A stretch of 64,000 bases of DNA, taken from assembly GCA_900766585.1 (NCBI GenBank), contig CAAFVV010000030.1, forward strand, positions 78,980 to 142,979. The letters are read 5' to 3'. This document shows positions 47,681 to 57,417 of the stretch, piece by piece (the first letter of the stretch is position 1; every line of letters starts with the position of its first letter). The DNA comes from Clostridia bacterium (lineage in GTDB: Bacteria; Bacillota; Clostridia; Oscillospirales; Acutalibacteraceae). The notes below the pieces were generated by a model. It was not told the origin of the DNA and did not search any database. It saw only the letters and a list, made by a program, of their open reading frames with translations. The translations under genes were made by a program, and so were the position numbers.

Positions 47681-48580
47681 GACGCCAAAGTGAAGACACT
47701 CCCACCGGATGCCAATGATTTCGCCCGCATGATCGAGCGGTACAATCGGGAGATGCAGCAATATGTCGCCATCAACCCGCGGCCGGAGCCTGCCCCGCCT
47801 GACGGATCGCCGGGCGAACAAGCGGTTTTTGCCGAAGCGCCGGCAGAGGAGCTGCGGCAGGCGGCAGCGGGGGCAGCAGCCGCCGCCCCCGCTGCCGATC
47901 AGCCGCCGGCGGAAGATCAGGCAGAAGACCCGATTGCTCCTGCCGCAGAGACAGCTGCAGAACCGGAGGAGGCACCGGCCCCTGCCAGCGCGGACACAGC
48001 CGCGGACATACATATAGATACGGATATAGGGACGGATACGGCTTCTTTGGCTGCCGCCACTCCCTCTTCGCCGGAGGAGTCCATGCTTCCTCGCAGCCGG
48101 GAGATTCCCTATCCGTCTACCGAGGACATTGCGCCGCTGATTCAAACGCGGGACGACAGCGACAAGCCGGAAAAGCCTGCCGAGCCGTACCCGCGCAATG
48201 CCGTCGGATTCCTGATCGTACAGACTTTTTCGGCGCGCGGTGTACTGCCGGTCGAGGGAGCAACCGTTACGGTCAGCGGAACGGAAAATGACAAAACCGT
48301 ACTCTATCACACCGTTTTCAGCGACATCAGCGGCCTGTCTCCGCTGATGTCGCTGCCTGCCGTCAGCGCCCAGCTCTCGATGAAGCCGGGCGCGTATCAG
48401 CCGTATACCGTCTATACCGTGCGGGTGCAGAAGGCCGGTTATTATCCGGTAGAAAACACCAGAGTCACGATCTACGAGGGCGTCGTTGCCCGGCAGCCGG
48501 TCAATCTGGTGCCGCTTCCCGAAAACCAGCGCGAGGGAAAACCGCAGATCTTTCCCGAAAGCGGGCCGGCTGATCTATGA
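47681..48580 (+). CDS. hypothetical protein: Ala/Pro/Glu-rich low-complexity N-half, beta-rich C-terminal domain
   Basis: ORF with GTG/ATG start options after AAAGGAAAGG. No motif recognised. Immediately upstream of the SpoIID-like/PG-binding gene. Confidence 0.4.
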   Translation, partial: DAKVKTLPPDANDFARMIERYNREMQQYVAINPRPEPAPPDGSPGEQAVFAEAPAEELRQAAAGAAAAAPAADQPPAEDQAEDPIAPAAETAAEPEEAPAPASADTAADIHIDTDIGTDTASLAAATPSSPEESMLPRSREIPYPSTEDIAPLIQTRDDSDKPEKPAEPYPRNAVGFLIVQTFSARGVLPVEGATVTVSGTENDKTVLYHTVFSDISGLSPLMSLPAVSAQLSMKPGAYQPYTVYTVRVQKAGYYPVENTRVTIYEGVVARQPVNLVPLPENQREGKPQIFPESGPADL

Positions 48581-48602
48581 GCAAAAAAGGAGATGACTGT
48601 AT

Positions 48603-50009
48603 ATGCCCCTGAGCGGTTTACCGTATATTCCGGAGACCATCACGGTCCATCTGGGACCGCCGAACAGCAGCGCCCGCAATGTAACCGTCCCGTTTATCGA
48701 CTATATCAAAAACGTTGCTTCGAGTGAGATCTATCCCACCTGGCCGGAAAATGCGCTGCGCGCCAATATATACGCCCAGATTACGTTTGCCTTAAACCGC
48801 ATTTACACCGAGTGGTACCGCAGCCGCGGTTACGATTTTGATATCACCAATTCCACTGCCTATGATCAGGCGTATGTGCCAAACCGCGATATCTACGACA
48901 ATATTTCCGCCCTTGCGGATGAGCTGTTCAACACCTATGTACGCAAGCAAGGCACGGTTGAGCCGTATTTTACCCAGTACTGCAACGGCACCACTGTCAC
49001 CTGTAATGGGCTGTCGCAATGGGGCACGGTTGCGCTGGCAGAGAGCGGCGCTACGCCCTATGAGATCCTCACCAACTATTACGGCGACGATATTGATCTG
49101 GTGCGGGACGCTCCGGTGCGCCCGCTGGATCAGTCCTATCCCGGCACCCCGTTTCGCATCGGCTCAAGCGGGCGCGATGTACTGCTGCTTCAGATCCGGC
49201 TGAACCGCATTTCCGCCGACTATCCCGCCATTCCGAAAATTTTTCCTCTCGACGGCGTATTCGACGCAGAGACCGACGCCGCTGTACGGGAATTTCAGCG
49301 CATTTTCAATTTGAGCGAGGACGGCGTTGTCGGTCCGGCGACATGGTATCAGATCAACGCCATTTATACGGCGGTCAAACGGCTTGCCGAGCTTAACTCC
49401 GAGGGACTGACCTTTGACGAGCTGGGGCAGCAGTTTCCCGGCCCGCTTCGCTACGGCGATACCGGCACCCCGGTGCGCATCGTGCAATACTATCTTGCGG
49501 TGATCGGGCAATTTTACGACACCGTCAACTCCCCTGCCATCAACGGTACCTTTGATGAGGCCACCCAGGACGCCGTGCGCGCATTTCAGGCAGCCAGCGG
49601 GCTGACCGTTGACGGCATCGTCGGCGACCAGACGTGGAACGCCATCCTCGACGCCTATTACGGCATACTTGACAGCATTGACAACCTCACGCTTCCGGTC
49701 AAGCTGTTTCCCGGCACACTTTTGGTGCAGGGCTCCCGCGGCGAGTATGTCTCTGTTCTGCAGGAATACCTCTCCTATATCGCCGACACCTTTTCCGAAA
49801 TCCCCAAAGTGCCGGTCACCGGTGTGTTCGGCACCCTGACCGACCGCGCCGTCCGCGCGTTTCAGGAGCTGTTCGGTCTGACACCGGACGGTAGGGTCGG
49901 TCTGCTGACGTGGAACAGCATTGCGGGCGTGTATGACGATCTGCAAAACGGCTACCGCAAGCAGGAGGGGCAATATCCGGGTTATGCGCTCGGCGCCTCG
50001 GAAGCGTAA
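48603..50009 (+). CDS. SpoIID/LytB-family domain protein with three peptidoglycan-binding (PG_binding_1) repeats (SleC-like architecture)
   Basis: N-domain YIKNVASSEIYPTWPENALRANIYAQITFALNRI and NGLSQWGTVALAESGATPYEILTNYYG match SpoIID signature regions. Three repeats of the LQ..L...Y....DG.FG..T..AV..FQ type. Confidence 0.6.
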   Translation: MPLSGLPYIPETITVHLGPPNSSARNVTVPFIDYIKNVASSEIYPTWPENALRANIYAQITFALNRIYTEWYRSRGYDFDITNSTAYDQAYVPNRDIYDNISALADELFNTYVRKQGTVEPYFTQYCNGTTVTCNGLSQWGTVALAESGATPYEILTNYYGDDIDLVRDAPVRPLDQSYPGTPFRIGSSGRDVLLLQIRLNRISADYPAIPKIFPLDGVFDAETDAAVREFQRIFNLSEDGVVGPATWYQINAIYTAVKRLAELNSEGLTFDELGQQFPGPLRYGDTGTPVRIVQYYLAVIGQFYDTVNSPAINGTFDEATQDAVRAFQAASGLTVDGIVGDQTWNAILDAYYGILDSIDNLTLPVKLFPGTLLVQGSRGEYVSVLQEYLSYIADTFSEIPKVPVTGVFGTLTDRAVRAFQELFGLTPDGRVGLLTWNSIAGVYDDLQNGYRKQEGQYPGYALGASEA

Positions 50010-50023
50010 AGGAGGAACGGATA

Positions 50024-50557
50024 ATGTATCCGAATAACGATATTCAGCATGACCAAAAACTGTATATCCGCGAGCTGCAGTCCGCCATTCGCCGGCTGTC
50101 CCGCAGCCATGCCGCCATCCCGGCACTGAATCCCGACGGCATTTACGGCAGCGAAACCGCCCATGCGGTCTCGCTTTATCAAAAGCGGTTCGGGCTGCCG
50201 GTCACAAAGGAGGCGGATGCTGTGACATGGGAAAGCCTGTTTACGGAGCTGCGGCGGCTGGAGGCATCAGATCCGAGCACCGACCCGTTTCCGCCGGCTT
50301 TTCTGCCGCTTGCCTATGCCGACAAGGGAGCGGGCGTTGCCCAGCTCAACGAATGGCTGCACCATTTGTCCCACGCCTTTGACAATGTTCCCGCCGTACT
50401 GCCGGGCGACGAATTCGGCGCGGACACAACCCGCGCCGTCTCGCGCATGCAGCAGATTCTGCGGCTGCCGATCAACGGCATCGTCAATTTCCCGACGTGG
50501 CACGGCATTTCCGCCACGGCGGAGCAGCTGATCCGCTTCACCGGTAACGACCGGTAA
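50024..50557 (+). CDS. peptidoglycan-binding domain (PG_binding_1 x2) protein
   Basis: Two repeats: LQSAIRRLS...PDGIYGSETAHAVSLYQKRFGL and LNEWLHHLS...GDEFGADTTRAVSRMQQILRL. Confidence 0.5.
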   Translation: MYPNNDIQHDQKLYIRELQSAIRRLSRSHAAIPALNPDGIYGSETAHAVSLYQKRFGLPVTKEADAVTWESLFTELRRLEASDPSTDPFPPAFLPLAYADKGAGVAQLNEWLHHLSHAFDNVPAVLPGDEFGADTTRAVSRMQQILRLPINGIVNFPTWHGISATAEQLIRFTGNDR

Positions 50558-50636
50558 AAAAGCGCCCAAACAACCTCCGTCACGCAAAAGCAGGGCGGGC
50601 TGAACGAAATTTCCGTCAGCCCGCCCTGTTTGATTA

Positions 50637-50888
50637 TCAGGATTCATCCGGCAGAATCGTGTATAGTAGCGCCGCGTCATCCTTGAGCGCCGTTTCCCGC
50701 ACATCGGCAACACGCACACGCACCTCACGCGCGCCGAGCGTGATGGCGATCACATCGCCGACCTTCACCTCATAAGAAGCGCGCGCCGGGCTGCCGTTTA
50801 CACTCACGCGCCCGGCGTCGCAGGCCTCATTGGCGACCGTGCGCCGCTTGATCAGACGGGACACCTTTAAATATTTATCCAAACGCAT
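50637..50888 (-). CDS. RNA-binding S4 domain protein (YabO/Hsp15-like)
   Basis: MRLDKYLKVSRLIKRRTVANEACDAGRVSVNG is the S4 fold signature. 83 aa. Confidence 0.7.
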   Translation of the reverse strand: MRLDKYLKVSRLIKRRTVANEACDAGRVSVNGSPARASYEVKVGDVIAITLGAREVRVRVADVRETALKDDAALLYTILPDES

Positions 50889-50923
50889 TTGTCATCGTTC
50901 CTTTTTTACTCTCTTTTGCGACC

Positions 50924-51019
50924 TCAGTCGCCGGAGGGATCGGATTCTTTCTTTATGCCGAACAACTGCCGTAAAATACCTCTCAAAAACCGGGGACTGC
51001 GTACAACGACCACTTTCAT
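50924..51019 (-). CDS. small ORF (31 aa, MKVVVVRSPRFLRGILRQLFGIKKESDPSGD) with strong RBS. Unverified.
   Basis: AAGGAGGAG RBS 9 nt upstream of the ATG. No homolog recognised. Confidence 0.25.
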   Translation of the reverse strand: MKVVVVRSPRFLRGILRQLFGIKKESDPSGD

Positions 51020-51043
51020 AGCTGTCAGCTCCTCCTTACCGTG

Positions 51044-51196
51044 ATTTAGAGCAAGTGATGCCAAGCAGCACGAAAGCCGCCGCGACAACGATCAGTACAA
51101 ATCGGGTCGGGCAGAGCAGAGCCAGCAGCATACCGGCGCCGAACGCCGTCAACCCCGCACCGCTTTTTCCGCATTTTCCGAACATGATCCCACCGC
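51044..51196 (-). CDS. small hydrophobic ORF (~50 aa, MFGKCGKSGAGLTAFGAGMLLALLCPTRFVLIVVAAAFVLLGI). Unverified.
   Basis: Single TM-like segment. Sits between the S4-domain gene and rsgA. No RBS check done. Confidence 0.2.
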
Positions 51197-51265
51197 CTTA
51201 CCGGATTCGGTCACGGTTTCCGTGCCTGTTATCAGCCTATGCGGCAAGGCGGCGGTCGGTGCGGA

Positions 51266-52168
51266 TTATTTTTTATAGCGGTCGCAGGCAGCGATCTCCC
51301 GATAAAGCGACACATAGCTTTGATACCGCGACGGAGCGATATCGCCCCGCGCTGCAGCCTGCCGCACGGCACAGTCCTTTTCGGCGACGTGCGCGCAGCC
51401 GGCAAACCGGCATTTTCCGAGATAAGGAGAAAATTCCGGAAACAGATTTTCGATCTCGTCGGCTTCCATCCGGCCGACGCGGTCGAGGTCGATAAACGAG
51501 AAGCCGGGGGTATCTGCCAGATATCCGCCGCCCTCCATCGGGTAGAGCCGCACGGCGCGGGTCGTATGACGGCCGCGCCCCAGCTTCCGGCTGATCTCCC
51601 CCGTTTCCAGTGCCAGTTCCGGCATCAGACGGTTGAGCAGACTGGATTTCCCCACGCCGGAATTACCTGTAAAGGCACACACCTTGCCACGCAGGAAACG
51701 GCGCAGCCCGCACAGATCGGAAGAGAGCGCGGAAACGGAAAACACCGGCAGACCCGTGCTTTGATAGATCTCCGTCAGCTCCCGCGTATCGGCGAGATCT
51801 GTCTTATTCACCACCACGGCGGGAGCAATGCCGTGATAGAGCGCCAGAGCGATCATGCGGTCGATCACCGGCAGATTCGGCGACGGATCGACCGGCGAAA
51901 TCACCACAACCAGACAGTCGAGATTCGCTACCGGGGGCCGAACCAGCACGTTTTTGCGCGGTTCGACCGTTTCGATCGTTCCAATCCCCTCACTCTGCAC
52001 AGACAGTCCGACATGATCGCCGGGCGTCGGCGTGATCCCTTCGCGGCGAAATATCCCGCGCGGACGGCAGATGTACAGACCATCGGCGGTTTCTACGGTG
52101 TAGCTACCGCCGATGCCCTGCAAAACAAGCCCGTAAACGTCCACGCGCGCAGAGGCGGACTCACTCAT
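51266..52168 (-). CDS. rsgA: ribosome small subunit-dependent GTPase A (RsgA/YloQ/CpgA)
   Basis: Circularly permuted GTPase: VVNKTDL (G4) precedes GNSGVGKSSLLNRL (G1). C-terminal zinc-finger Cys cluster CRFAGCAHVAEKDC. Confidence 0.87.
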   Translation of the reverse strand: MSESASARVDVYGLVLQGIGGSYTVETADGLYICRPRGIFRREGITPTPGDHVGLSVQSEGIGTIETVEPRKNVLVRPPVANLDCLVVVISPVDPSPNLPVIDRMIALALYHGIAPAVVVNKTDLADTRELTEIYQSTGLPVFSVSALSSDLCGLRRFLRGKVCAFTGNSGVGKSSLLNRLMPELALETGEISRKLGRGRHTTRAVRLYPMEGGGYLADTPGFSFIDLDRVGRMEADEIENLFPEFSPYLGKCRFAGCAHVAEKDCAVRQAAARGDIAPSRYQSYVSLYREIAACDRYKK

Positions 52169-54278
52169 GGAAGTGACCCGAGTTTTCCGGCTCCGATGCC
52201 GACGTATCCGGCTGCGAAGTCGGATCTGTGGACGGCTCTGTGGACTCGCTAGGTTTTCCCCACTTCGGCGGATACTGATTATCCAGCACAGCGCGTCCGT
52301 TTATGCCGTCCATCGTGTATTCGAGATACGGCTGATAGGAGGCGTTCGTCCCCGAACGACGGATATGGATAACGACGGAATAACTTGCCTTCCTCTCGGT
52401 AAAGCTCAGCTTGATGCTGCGCAGCTGATTGGGAAGAAGTCCCTGCAGATCGGTGGAATACATCGCCTGTTTGGCTTCGCGTCCATCGATATACACCTTG
52501 AGATCCACGGCAACCGACACATCCGGCAGCGGAACGGTCACATTCTGAATGTCGCTGAAGCCTGACGCTACGGTCAGGACGACCTCCTCGCCGGGCGTCA
52601 GCAGCGTGTTTTTTGCCGGCTTCTGCTCGATCACCGTGCCGGTCACATACCCGGCCTTGTTCACGACGATGATATTTTCCTCTTTGACAACAAAGTTGTC
52701 CGCCGCCAGCATCCGGATAGCATCCGCCTGCGAAATATTGGTCACATCCGGCACCTTCACCGGCTCCACCGGCTGAGGGCCGTTGCTGACATACATATAG
52801 ATCGTCGTACCCTTTTTGCAGGATTCGGGGAAGGCGGGGTCAATGCGGATCACACATTCCTCTTTCACCGTATCGCTGGACTGACGCACTTCTTTGATCG
52901 TGAACCCGGCGTTGTTCAGCCGGTTGTAAACCGTTGTGCGGTCCTCACCCTCGGACACAGCCGGCACCTGGATCATATTCGGGCCCTTGCTGACCGTGAG
53001 CTTGATCCGGCATTTCACCTTGACCAGGTGTTCCGGTGCGACATCCTGATCAATGATCGTCCCCGCTTCGGAATCGTCAAACTGCGTGATGGAATCCAAA
53101 AATTCATATCGGCGCAGATAGTCGGGATTGCTGATGACCTCATCGTAGTTCATGCCGACAAAATTATCCGCTCTGAACTCCTCGGCGCTCTCGCCGGGCT
53201 TGATCACCTTCATCAGAAAGACCGCGCCGACAAACAGCAGGCACACGAGCAGCACAGCGCCCGCCACCGCGGCAAGAACCGGCAAGAAGGTGTTTTTCTT
53301 CTCGTCCTCGTCGTCATCCTCGCTCTCCTCTTCGTCTTCTTCCTTTTCCCCGCGCACTTTGGAGATCGCATCCACAAAGCGCGTCGGCGTCTCGTCGACG
53401 AAGTATTTATATTCGAAATGGATGCTCGGATTCCGCTTGAATTCGTCAATGTCGTTGAGCATTTCCGCCGCGGACTGATACCGCTCGGACGGCTCCTTCT
53501 GCATCGCTTTCAGCGTGATCTCCTCAAGCCCCTCGGGAATATCGGGGTTGATATCCCGCGGACGCGTCGGCTGCGACTGAAGCTGCATAATCGCTACGGA
53601 GACGGCATTGTCCGCATCAAAGGGCACGCGTCCGGTTAGCATCTCATACAGCATCACACCGACGGAATAAATATCCGCCTTTTCATCGGTCAGCTCGCCG
53701 CGCGCCTGCTCCGGGCTGATATAGTGCACGGAGCCGATGGCTTTATCCTCCGAAGTGGCGCGCAGATCCTGACGGGAAAACCGCGCGATACCGAAATCCG
53801 TCACCTTGATGGTGCCGTCGGACAGCAGCATGATATTCTGCGGCTTGATATCGCGGTGGACAATGCCCTTGTCATGGGCATGCTGCAGCGCGCGCAGAAT
53901 TTGCACGGTAAAGTGCACCGCCTCTTTCCAACGGATATCCTTCTGCTGATCCATATACTCCTTCAGTGTGATCCCATCAATATATTCCATCACAATATAC
54001 TGCAGATTCTCGCCGAGGCTGACATCATACACCTTTACGATGTTCGGGTGCGAAAGAATGGCGATTGCCTTTGATTCGTTGCGGAAACGGCGGACAAATT
54101 CCTCATTGTTGAGAAATTCCTCCTTGAGGATCTTCACCGCAACAATGCGGTCGTCGATCGTGTCATAGGCCTTATATACATAAGCCATGCCGCCGACGCC
54201 GATAATTTCGCGGATCTCATATCTTCCGTCCAGGCGTTTTCCGATATACTTATCCACACTCATCACTCCTGTCTGCAT
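52161..54278 (-). CDS. prkC: Ser/Thr protein kinase PrkC (Hanks kinase + TM + PASTA repeats)
   Basis: GGMAYVYKAYD..VAVK. HRDIKPQNIML. DFGIA. Three C-terminal PASTA-like repeats. Confidence 0.9.
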   Translation of the reverse strand: MQTGVMSVDKYIGKRLDGRYEIREIIGVGGMAYVYKAYDTIDDRIVAVKILKEEFLNNEEFVRRFRNESKAIAILSHPNIVKVYDVSLGENLQYIVMEYIDGITLKEYMDQQKDIRWKEAVHFTVQILRALQHAHDKGIVHRDIKPQNIMLLSDGTIKVTDFGIARFSRQDLRATSEDKAIGSVHYISPEQARGELTDEKADIYSVGVMLYEMLTGRVPFDADNAVSVAIMQLQSQPTRPRDINPDIPEGLEEITLKAMQKEPSERYQSAAEMLNDIDEFKRNPSIHFEYKYFVDETPTRFVDAISKVRGEKEEDEEESEDDDEDEKKNTFLPVLAAVAGAVLLVCLLFVGAVFLMKVIKPGESAEEFRADNFVGMNYDEVISNPDYLRRYEFLDSITQFDDSEAGTIIDQDVAPEHLVKVKCRIKLTVSKGPNMIQVPAVSEGEDRTTVYNRLNNAGFTIKEVRQSSDTVKEECVIRIDPAFPESCKKGTTIYMYVSNGPQPVEPVKVPDVTNISQADAIRMLAADNFVVKEENIIVVNKAGYVTGTVIEQKPAKNTLLTPGEEVVLTVASGFSDIQNVTVPLPDVSVAVDLKVYIDGREAKQAMYSTDLQGLLPNQLRSIKLSFTERKASYSVVIHIRRSGTNASYQPYLEYTMDGINGRAVLDNQYPPKWGKPSESTEPSTDPTSQPDTSASEPENSGHFHE

Positions 54279-55009
54279 TACTCAAGCACGGCAACCACCG
54301 TGACATTGTCCGCGCCGCCGTGGGAAATAGCTGCTTGCACAAGTGTCTCCGGAAGCTGCACAAAAGGGGTCGTTTCAATCAAATGCTGTATTTCATCGGT
54401 CTCGACCATATTGGTCAGACCGTCGGAACAAAGGAGCAAAAGCTCACCCGGCTCTGAAAACGGCACGGTGTCGAGATCCATCTGAACGGATTCGTCTACG
54501 CCGAGCGCACGGGTGATAATATGTTTGCGGGGATCGGATCGCGCCTGCTCCGGCGTCATTTTCCCCTGATCCACCATATCCTGCACATAGGAGTGATCCG
54601 AAGTCAGTTGACAAAGCGTGCCGTCGCGGTAGAGATACGCCCGGCTGTCGCCGACATGGACCACATGCGCTTCGCCGCCGTGGATCACGGCGGCGACCAG
54701 AGTGGTGCCCATACCGCGAAGGGAGACATCCGCCGCCCCGCGGTCAAATATTTCGATATTGGCTGCCGCCACGGCGCTTTCCAGCACATTTTCCAGAGAA
54801 GCCGCCGTCATATCCTGCCGAAAGGAAGAGAGAATGCGTTCCGCGATCAGCGAAACGGCAATACGGCTTGCCACCGCGCCGCCGTTGGCGCCGCCCATGC
54901 CGTCACAGACCAGAGCAAAGCCCTCGTTCTCCGCAATCAGTTTATAGGCAAAATCATCCTGATTTTCTTCGCGTACCGAGCCTATATCGCTCGCTCCGAG
55001 AATATTCAT
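54278..55009 (-). CDS. prpC: PP2C-family Ser/Thr phosphatase (PrpC/Stp)
   Basis: SDIGSVREENQD...LVCDGMGG metal-binding motifs. 243 aa. Overlaps prkC. Confidence 0.9.
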   Translation of the reverse strand: MNILGASDIGSVREENQDDFAYKLIAENEGFALVCDGMGGANGGAVASRIAVSLIAERILSSFRQDMTAASLENVLESAVAAANIEIFDRGAADVSLRGMGTTLVAAVIHGGEAHVVHVGDSRAYLYRDGTLCQLTSDHSYVQDMVDQGKMTPEQARSDPRKHIITRALGVDESVQMDLDTVPFSEPGELLLLCSDGLTNMVETDEIQHLIETTPFVQLPETLVQAAISHGGADNVTVVAVLE

Positions 55010-56061
55010 CCCGTTTTGCCTCCCTTCCCCTCTTCTTGATCCGCCTGCCGCCGCAGCTGTCCGCAGGATGCCTGTATATCCGCTCCGAGCGTGCGCCGCA
55101 CGGTCGCGGTGATGCCGCGCCCCTCCAGTATACGCTGAAAGGCCGCCAGACGCTCTCTTGTGCTGCGGTGGTGGGATTTTCCCTTTACCTCATTGGCAGG
55201 AATCAGGTTGACGTGACAGAGCATACCGCTCAGCTTTTCTGCCAGCTCATACGCACAGGCGTCACTGTCATTTACGCCGCGGATCATCGCATATTCAAAC
55301 GAGATCCGGCGTCCCGTATGCGCCGCATAGTCGCGGCAGGCCGCCAGAAGCTCGTCCACCGGGAAACGCCGGTTGACGGGCATCAGCCGGTCACGCAGCG
55401 CATCATTCGGCGCGTGGAGAGAAACCGACAGCGTCAGTGCATAATTTTTCTCCTGCAAAAGCCGGATTCTGTCCACAAGCCCGCAGGTGGACAGCGACAC
55501 ATGACGCATCCCGATATGCACGCCGTCCTCGGTGCCGAGCATATCGAGAAAGCGCGTTACCTGCTCAAAATTATCGAGCGGCTCGCCCATCCCCATCAGC
55601 ACGATAGAGGACACGCGAATCCCGCGGTCGGCCTGTGCCGTCTCAATCTGGGCAAGCATCTCGGAGGCGGTCAGATTGCGGACAAAGCCTCCCATGCCGG
55701 TGGCGCAGAACACGCAGCCCATCTTGCAGCCGACCTGTGTGGACAGGCACATCGACCAGCCATGGTGATACTGCATCAAAACGGCTTCGACCGTTTCGCC
55801 GTCCGACAGGGAAAACAGGTATTTGACCGTGCCGTCGATCGCGGAAACCAGCCGGCGGCTGATCGAGACCCCCGGCGCCGTATACCGCTCCGCCAGCTGC
55901 GCTCTGAGCTTTTCGGGCAGATCCGTCATCTTTGACAGATCGGTCACGCCGCTGTCCAGCCAGCGGGAAAGCTGGCGCGCCCGAAACGGCGGCCAGCCGA
56001 GCTCCGTGACCACAGCTTCCCGCTGTGCCGGCGCCATAGAGCGGATATCCTCTTTCTCCAA
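55006..56061 (-). CDS. rlmN: 23S rRNA (adenine2503-C2)-methyltransferase RlmN (radical SAM)
   Basis: CKMGCVFCATG radical-SAM cluster motif. 351 aa. Confidence 0.9.
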   Translation of the reverse strand: MEKEDIRSMAPAQREAVVTELGWPPFRARQLSRWLDSGVTDLSKMTDLPEKLRAQLAERYTAPGVSISRRLVSAIDGTVKYLFSLSDGETVEAVLMQYHHGWSMCLSTQVGCKMGCVFCATGMGGFVRNLTASEMLAQIETAQADRGIRVSSIVLMGMGEPLDNFEQVTRFLDMLGTEDGVHIGMRHVSLSTCGLVDRIRLLQEKNYALTLSVSLHAPNDALRDRLMPVNRRFPVDELLAACRDYAAHTGRRISFEYAMIRGVNDSDACAYELAEKLSGMLCHVNLIPANEVKGKSHHRSTRERLAAFQRILEGRGITATVRRTLGADIQASCGQLRRQADQEEGKGGKTG

Positions 56062-56070
56062 GAACTCACC

Positions 56071-57417
56071 TCAAACCTGCCGGACAAATCCGGCGATAAA
56101 AAAGCCGTCCGACCCGTGCAGATACGGAAACAGTGTCAGCCGCCACGACAGCGGCGTCCCCGCTGCCGCAAAGCAGGCGGAAAGCGGCAGTGTGCGCGGC
56201 GCAAATGCGGGGTGCTCTCTCAAAAAGCGCTCGACCACCTGCTCGTTCTCCGCCGGATTCAGCGTGCAGGTCGAATACTGCAGATAGCCGCCCTTTGCCG
56301 TCATTTTCGACGACTCCTCGAGGATGCGGTACTGAAGCGCCGGAAGCTCGGCAAACTGTTCCGGCGATTTATAGCGGATCTCGGGCTTGCGCCGGATCAC
56401 GCCGAGACCGGAGCAGGGCACATCGCAGAGCACACGGTCAAACCGTCCCTCCCGCTCGGGCGGACACGGGGCCGACGCATCGCGCTGCTCGACCTGCACG
56501 GTTTTGGCACCGAAAAGCCGCACACGGCGGCGCAGCTCCCCACACTTTGCCGCATAGCAGTCCCCGGCGAGGATCTCTCCCTCTCCGCGCAGATATTGCG
56601 ACAGAGTGAGCGATTTACCGCCCGGTGCGGCACAGACATCGGCGATACGCATCCTTGGTGCCGCTTCCAAAGCGGCGCAGCAAAGCTGCGACGCCTTATC
56701 CTGATAATAATAGCAGTTTTCTTCCGCTTTTTCAAGAGGATTTCGCTCTGAGACCCCCAAAAGTTGTAAACAATTTTCCAAATCTGCGCATTTTTCCGCG
56801 GAAATCCCCTGCAAAGCCAGCTTTTCGATCAGCGCATCGGCGGTTGTCAGCGCCGTATTCACCCGCACATACGCGGGCGGTGCGCCGTTGAGGCTTTGCA
56901 CCAGCGCATACGCAGCCGCCTTTCCGTAGGCGTTTTCCCAAAACCGGATCCACTCCGCAGGGCAGGACTCTTTTATCGCCAGCTCCTCCGCCGTTTCGGT
57001 ATCCAGCGCGGCAAGCAGCTCCTCCTGCCGCCGCAGCACACCGCGCAACACGCCGTTGACAAAGCCGGCGGCTGACGGCTGACCGAAGCGGCGGGTCATC
57101 GACACTGCCTCATTGACGGCAGCGGATGCCGGGATCCTGTCCATATACAGAAGCTGGCAGACCGCGGTCTGCGCAATCGCCGTCACCGCCGGATGCCAGC
57201 GGCTTTGCGGGCGCGAGGCGCAGCGGGAAAGCAGATAGTCGATCGTCAGCCGGTGCTCGACCGTGCCGTAGATAATCGCGGTTGCGAGCGCACGCTCCCG
57301 CGGCGGCAGATCGCACGAGGTAAGCAGGGAGTTCACCACGATATTCGAATAAGCACCGCCCTCGTTTAACCGGCGGACGGTTGCAACGGCAGCCTCCCGC
57401 CCATTGCGCGGCGTCAA
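56071..57417 (-). CDS. rsmB: 16S rRNA (cytosine967-C5)-methyltransferase RsmB (Sun)
   Basis: NusB-like N-domain. SAM MTase DVPCSGLGVIRRKPEIRY with catalytic Cys pair. Confidence 0.85.
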   Translation of the reverse strand: MTPRNGREAAVATVRRLNEGGAYSNIVVNSLLTSCDLPPRERALATAIIYGTVEHRLTIDYLLSRCASRPQSRWHPAVTAIAQTAVCQLLYMDRIPASAAVNEAVSMTRRFGQPSAAGFVNGVLRGVLRRQEELLAALDTETAEELAIKESCPAEWIRFWENAYGKAAAYALVQSLNGAPPAYVRVNTALTTADALIEKLALQGISAEKCADLENCLQLLGVSERNPLEKAEENCYYYQDKASQLCCAALEAAPRMRIADVCAAPGGKSLTLSQYLRGEGEILAGDCYAAKCGELRRRVRLFGAKTVQVEQRDASAPCPPEREGRFDRVLCDVPCSGLGVIRRKPEIRYKSPEQFAELPALQYRILEESSKMTAKGGYLQYSTCTLNPAENEQVVERFLREHPAFAPRTLPLSACFAAAGTPLSWRLTLFPYLHGSDGFFIAGFVRQV

